DNA of 63,667 bases, taken from Bacillota bacterium. GTDB taxonomy: Bacteria; Bacillota; Desulfitobacteriia; Desulfitobacteriales; JAJXUE01. The notes beneath the pieces were generated by a model. The model worked only from the letters and a program-made list of their open reading frames with translations, was not told the origin of the DNA and searched no databases. The DNA lies in contig JAJZPO010000005.1 in assembly GCA_021811155.1 (NCBI GenBank), positions 1 to 63,667 of the forward strand. The letters are read 5' to 3'. The position numbers and the translations under genes were made by a program. Shown here in pieces: positions 59,305 to 63,667 of the stretch. Each line of letters starts with the position of its first letter. Position 1 is the first letter of the stretch.

Positions 59305-59324
59305 GCCTGTCAGCCTAAACTTCT

Positions 59325-60527
59325 TTATTTGGCAATCGCGGTTACGACCCCGGCGCCTACCGTACGGCCGCCTTCACGGATAGCAAAGCGCAGTCCTTCT
59401 TCGATGGCGATAGAGGTAATCAGCTGGATTTCAAATTTGACCCTGTCCCCAGGCATAACCATCTCTACCCCTTCAGGCAGGGTTACAACACCGGTCACGT
59501 CAGTGGTACGGAAGTAGAACTGGGGCCTGTAGCCGTTGAAAAACGGAGTATGGCGTCCGCCCTCTTCCTTGGACAGGACATATACTTCTGCCGAAAAGGC
59601 AGTGTGGGGTTTGATGGAACCGGGCTTGGCCAAAACCTGGCCGCGCTCGATTTCTTTGCGGTCAACCCCCCGCAGCAGTGCGCCAACATTGTCCCCGGCC
59701 TGGGCAAAGTCCAGCAGTTTGCGGAACATCTCCACTCCGGTTACCACGCTCTTGCGCGGAGCTTCATTCAGGCCTACGATTTCAATCTCGTCGCCCACTT
59801 TGATCTGACCGCGCTCCACCCGACCGGTAGCCACGGTGCCGCGTCCGGTAATCGTGAACACGTCCTCAACCGGCATCAGGAAGGGCTTGTCGGTGTCCCG
59901 CACAGGGGTGGGGATGTAGCTGTCCACTGCGTCCATCAGCTGCCAAATCTTGCCGCACCACTCGCAGTCCCTGCTGCCGCAGCCGCATTCCAGCGCTTTC
60001 AGGCCGGAACCCGCTACGATGGGGATATCGTCGCCGGGGAACTCGTATTCGCTTAACAGTTCCCGGATTTCCATTTCCACCAGTTCCATCAGCTCGGGAT
60101 CGTCAACCATGTCGGCTTTGTTCAGCCAGACCACGATGTTGGGAACACCGACCTGGCGGGCCAGGAGGATGTGCTCACGGGTCTGGGGCATGGGGCCGTC
60201 AGCGGCGGATACCACCAGGATGGCGCCGTCCATTTGGGCAGCTCCGGTAATCATGTTCTTGACATAGTCGGCATGGCCTGGGCAGTCTACGTGGGCATAG
60301 TGCCGGTTCCCGGTCTCATATTCCACGTGGGCGGTATTGATGGTAATGCCCCGCTCCCTTTCTTCCGGCGCCTTGTCAATCTCGTCAAATTTGGTCGCCA
60401 CAGCGCCGCCGGTTTTGGACAACACATAGGTGATTGCAGCGGTTGTGGTGGTCTTGCCATGGTCAACGTGACCAATGGTTCCGACGTTAACGTGCGGTTT
60501 GGTACGCTCAAATTTTTGTTTCGCCAT
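59325..60527 (-). CDS. tuf: elongation factor Tu
   Basis: [27 protein letters not shown], 400 aa. Carries a Cys-rich insertion [11 protein letters not shown] at residues 181-191. Confidence 0.98.
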   Translation of the reverse strand: MAKQKFERTKPHVNVGTIGHVDHGKTTTTAAITYVLSKTGGAVATKFDEIDKAPEERERGITINTAHVEYETGNRHYAHVDCPGHADYVKNMITGAAQMDGAILVVSAADGPMPQTREHILLARQVGVPNIVVWLNKADMVDDPELMELVEMEIRELLSEYEFPGDDIPIVAGSGLKALECGCGSRDCEWCGKIWQLMDAVDSYIPTPVRDTDKPFLMPVEDVFTITGRGTVATGRVERGQIKVGDEIEIVGLNEAPRKSVVTGVEMFRKLLDFAQAGDNVGALLRGVDRKEIERGQVLAKPGSIKPHTAFSAEVYVLSKEEGGRHTPFFNGYRPQFYFRTTDVTGVVTLPEGVEMVMPGDRVKFEIQLITSIAIEEGLRFAIREGGRTVGAGVVTAIAK

Positions 60528-60569
60528 TTGTTTTTCACTCCTTCAAAAAAATGCTTTGAGCCTCTTTGC

Positions 60570-62648
60570 CTAAGAGCCCTGCCGCTTGGCAATGATTCCT
60601 TCGGCAATGTTTTTAGGAACTTCCTCAAAATGATCGAACTGCATGACATAGACGCCGCGCCCCTGGGTACGGGACCGCAGATCAGTGGCATAGCCGAACA
60701 TCTCAGACAGCGGTACAAAGCCCCTGATTACCTGCGCGCCTGCCCTGGCCTCCATTCCCTCAATGCGGCCGCGGCGGGCGTTCATGTCCCCGATTACGTC
60801 ACCCATGTATTCTTCCGGGACAGTCACTTCCACCTTCATCACCGGCTCAAGGATAACCGGACCGGCTTTTGCAGCTGCCGCTTTGAAGGCCATGGAACCG
60901 GCTATTTTAAAGGCCATTTCTGAAGAGTCCACATCATGGTAGGAGCCGTCAAATACCGTAGCTTTCATGTCAATGGCAGGGTACCCGGCGAGAATTCCGT
61001 TTTGCATAGACTCTTCTATGCCCGCGCCAATAGGAGCAATATACTCTCTGGGGATAACACCGCCTACAATCTTGTTCTCAAACACAAAGCCCGAACCGGG
61101 TTCAAGCGGCTCTAACTCTATCCAGCAGTGACCATATTGGCCGCGTCCACCGGATTGACGCACAAATTTTCCTTCTGCCTTGACTTGTTTGCGGATGGTT
61201 TCTTTGTACGCAACCTGGGGGCGTCCCACATTTGCATTGACTTTGAACTCCCGCATCAAACGGTCCACGATAATTTCCAGGTGCAGTTCTCCCATGCCGG
61301 AGATGATGGTTTGACCTGTTTCCTTATCCGTATGCATCCGGAAGGTAGGATCTTCTTCCGCCAACCGGGCCAGGGCCACGCCCAATTTCTCCTGGTCAGC
61401 CTTGGTCGCAGGCTCAATGGCCACATCGATAACAGGTTCCGGGAACACCATGGACTCCAGGATAATCGGGCTTTTTTCGTCACACAGTGTGTCTCCGGTG
61501 GTGGTATCTTTTAGGCCCACTGCTGCAGCAATATCCCCGGTATAAACCTCATTAATTTCTTCACGGTGATTAGCATGCATCTGGAGAATCCGACCGATGC
61601 GCTCCTTTTTGTCCTTAGTAGAGTTGTAGACATAAGAACCGGAGCTCAGAATGCCAGAGTAAACCCTGAAGAAGGTAAGCTTGCCAACGTAAGGGTCGGC
61701 CATGATTTTAAAAGCTAAGGCTGAGAAAGGCTCGCTGTCGCTGGATACGCGCTGGTCCTCTTCACCCGTACCAGGATGAACGCCACGGATAGCGGGGACA
61801 TCAGTAGGAGCAGGCATATAGTCTATAACAGCATCCAACAGGGGCTGTACCCCTTTGTTTTTGAAGGAAGAGCCGCACAGAACCGGAGTGAATTTGACAG
61901 CGATGGTACCCTTGCGCAGGCCAGTCTTGATTTCCTCAGCCGAAAGCTCTTCGCCTTCCAGGTATTTCATCATCAGCTCTTCATCGGATTCCGCTACTGC
62001 TTCCAAAAGTTTTTCCCGGTACTCGTCAGCCAGATCCTTAAGCTCTTCGGGGATATCGGTGACTTCACTGGTGGTCCCCAGGTCATCAACGTAGATGATG
62101 GCCTTCATGGTTACCAAATCAACAATGCCGCGGAATTTGTCTTCCACTCCGATAGGCAGTTGAATCGGTACGGGATGTGCTCCCAACCGGTCTGTGATCA
62201 TTGCTACCCCCCGGAAGAAGTCAGCCCCGATCCGGTCCATTTTATTAATGTAGGCAATTCGCGGTACGCCATATTTATCCGCTTGGCGCCACACGGTCTC
62301 AGACTGAGGTTCAACCCCGCCGACCGAACAAAATACCGCCACAGCTCCATCAAGCACGCGCAGTGAGCGCTCCACTTCCACAGTGAAGTCCACGTGCCCT
62401 GGTGTGTCGATGATATTAATCCGATGATCTTTCCACAGACATGTGGTGGCAGCTGATGTGATGGTGATGCCGCGCTCCTGCTCCTGGACCATCCAGTCCA
62501 TGGTCGCCGCGCCGTCATGAACTTCGCCAATTTTGTGCACACGGCCGGTGTAGAACAGAATGCGTTCGGTAGTAGTGGTCTTCCCGGCGTCTATATGGGC
62601 CATTATGCCAATATTCCGGGTTCTCTCTAACGGAAACTTCCTAGCCAC
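60570..62648 (-). CDS. fusA: elongation factor G
   Basis: [35 protein letters not shown], 692 aa. Confidence 0.98.
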   Translation of the reverse strand: MARKFPLERTRNIGIMAHIDAGKTTTTERILFYTGRVHKIGEVHDGAATMDWMVQEQERGITITSAATTCLWKDHRINIIDTPGHVDFTVEVERSLRVLDGAVAVFCSVGGVEPQSETVWRQADKYGVPRIAYINKMDRIGADFFRGVAMITDRLGAHPVPIQLPIGVEDKFRGIVDLVTMKAIIYVDDLGTTSEVTDIPEELKDLADEYREKLLEAVAESDEELMMKYLEGEELSAEEIKTGLRKGTIAVKFTPVLCGSSFKNKGVQPLLDAVIDYMPAPTDVPAIRGVHPGTGEEDQRVSSDSEPFSALAFKIMADPYVGKLTFFRVYSGILSSGSYVYNSTKDKKERIGRILQMHANHREEINEVYTGDIAAAVGLKDTTTGDTLCDEKSPIILESMVFPEPVIDVAIEPATKADQEKLGVALARLAEEDPTFRMHTDKETGQTIISGMGELHLEIIVDRLMREFKVNANVGRPQVAYKETIRKQVKAEGKFVRQSGGRGQYGHCWIELEPLEPGSGFVFENKIVGGVIPREYIAPIGAGIEESMQNGILAGYPAIDMKATVFDGSYHDVDSSEMAFKIAGSMAFKAAAAKAGPVILEPVMKVEVTVPEEYMGDVIGDMNARRGRIEGMEARAGAQVIRGFVPLSEMFGYATDLRSRTQGRGVYVMQFDHFEEVPKNIAEGIIAKRQGS

Positions 62649-62690
62649 GATAATCCCCCTTTCCTGCGGATTTTCATGTGGTCAAAACTA

Positions 62691-63161
<471 letters not shown>

Positions 63162-63201
63162 TTATTTCCCCCCTTTGCTGTGGGCCTAAAGCTTCCTGCC
63201 A

Positions 63202-63627
63202 CTACTTTGCGGCTTTCTTAGGCCGTTTAGCCCCATATTTGGAGCGGGCCTGCTCACGTTTCTGCACACCGGTGGTATCAAGCGCGCCGCGGACGATGTG
63301 ATAGCGAACACCAGGCAGATCTTTTACCCTGCCGCCCCGCACCAGGACAACCGAGTGTTCCTGCAGGTTATGACCGATGCCCGGAATGTAGGCAGTCACT
63401 TCTATGCCGTTGGTCAAACGCACCCTGGCTACCTTGCGCAGGGCCGAGTTCGGTTTCTTGGGAGTTGTGGTGTAAACCCTGGTGCAAACACCTCTTTTTT
63501 GCGGTGAACCACCGGAGGGAAACTGTTGGCGTCTCAAAGAATTTAAACCCCATTGCAGTGCAGGAGCAGTTGATTTTTTCTCAATGGTTTCTCTACCGTG
63601 ACGAATCAATTGGCTAATCGTAGGCAT
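63202..63627 (-). CDS. rpsL: 30S ribosomal protein S12
   Basis: [13 protein letters not shown] from ATG 63627, with AAGGAGGTG 6 nt upstream. [16 protein letters not shown] is present. Confidence 0.97.
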   Translation of the reverse strand: MPTISQLIRHGRETIEKKSTAPALQWGLNSLRRQQFPSGGSPQKRGVCTRVYTTTPKKPNSALRKVARVRLTNGIEVTAYIPGIGHNLQEHSVVLVRGGRVKDLPGVRYHIVRGALDTTGVQKREQARSKYGAKRPKKAAK

Positions 63628-63667
63628 GACGTACACCTCCTTCCCAAAATGTCAAATAAGATCGGAA

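Overview
This 63.7-kb window comes from a fairly GC-rich Firmicute of the Clostridia type. The Peptococcaceae/Desulfotomaculum-like flavour is inference only. Nearly all genes are on the minus strand.

Contents from left to right:
(1) The arginine biosynthesis operon argC-argJ-argB-argD-carA-carB. carB is cut by the window edge. The operon has a sigma-A promoter overlapped by ARG-box-like operators and is divergent from serC.
(2) A lactate-type module: GlcD-like FAD oxidase, Fe-S/CCG subunit and a LarA-like racemase homologue.
(3) An EamA transporter and an ECF sigma / anti-sigma / M20 amidohydrolase operon with a SigW-type promoter.
(4) An AmmeMemoRadiSam pair: a radical SAM enzyme plus a LigB/Memo-AMMECR1 fusion. 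It is attached to the tail of (5).
(5) A complete arginase plus oxidative ornithine degradation operon: ord-ortA-ortB-oraS-oraE-reactivase-orr-rocF.
(6) cwlD-rpsI-rplM.
(7) A ~10-kb accessory island between rplM and truA. It encodes a MalT-like STAND/LuxR regulator, an orphan DUF2442 protein, a 1390-aa wall-anchored mosaic surface protein, a processive GT2 synthase and an ArsP/DUF318-type permease.
(8) truA-ecfT-ecfA'-ecfA-rplQ-rpoA and the full alpha/spc/S10 ribosomal operons, then tuf, fusA, rpsG and rpsL.

I recognised no rRNA, tRNA, CRISPR array, integrase or transposase.

The most interesting non-standard signals are:
- the island that splits the conserved truA|rplM junction, together with its duplicated two-hairpin module;
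- a 111-125-nt rod-shaped hairpin element present twice, with compensatory base changes, both times inside arginine/ornithine operons;
- a GTGTCAAGGGGAC-type palindrome family;
- a 450-nt ORF-free composite repeat region upstream of the ornithine operon;
- the physical linkage of the function-unknown AmmeMemoRadiSam genes to arginine catabolism.

All domain and family calls rest on motif recognition by eye. No database search, folding program or statistics could be run.
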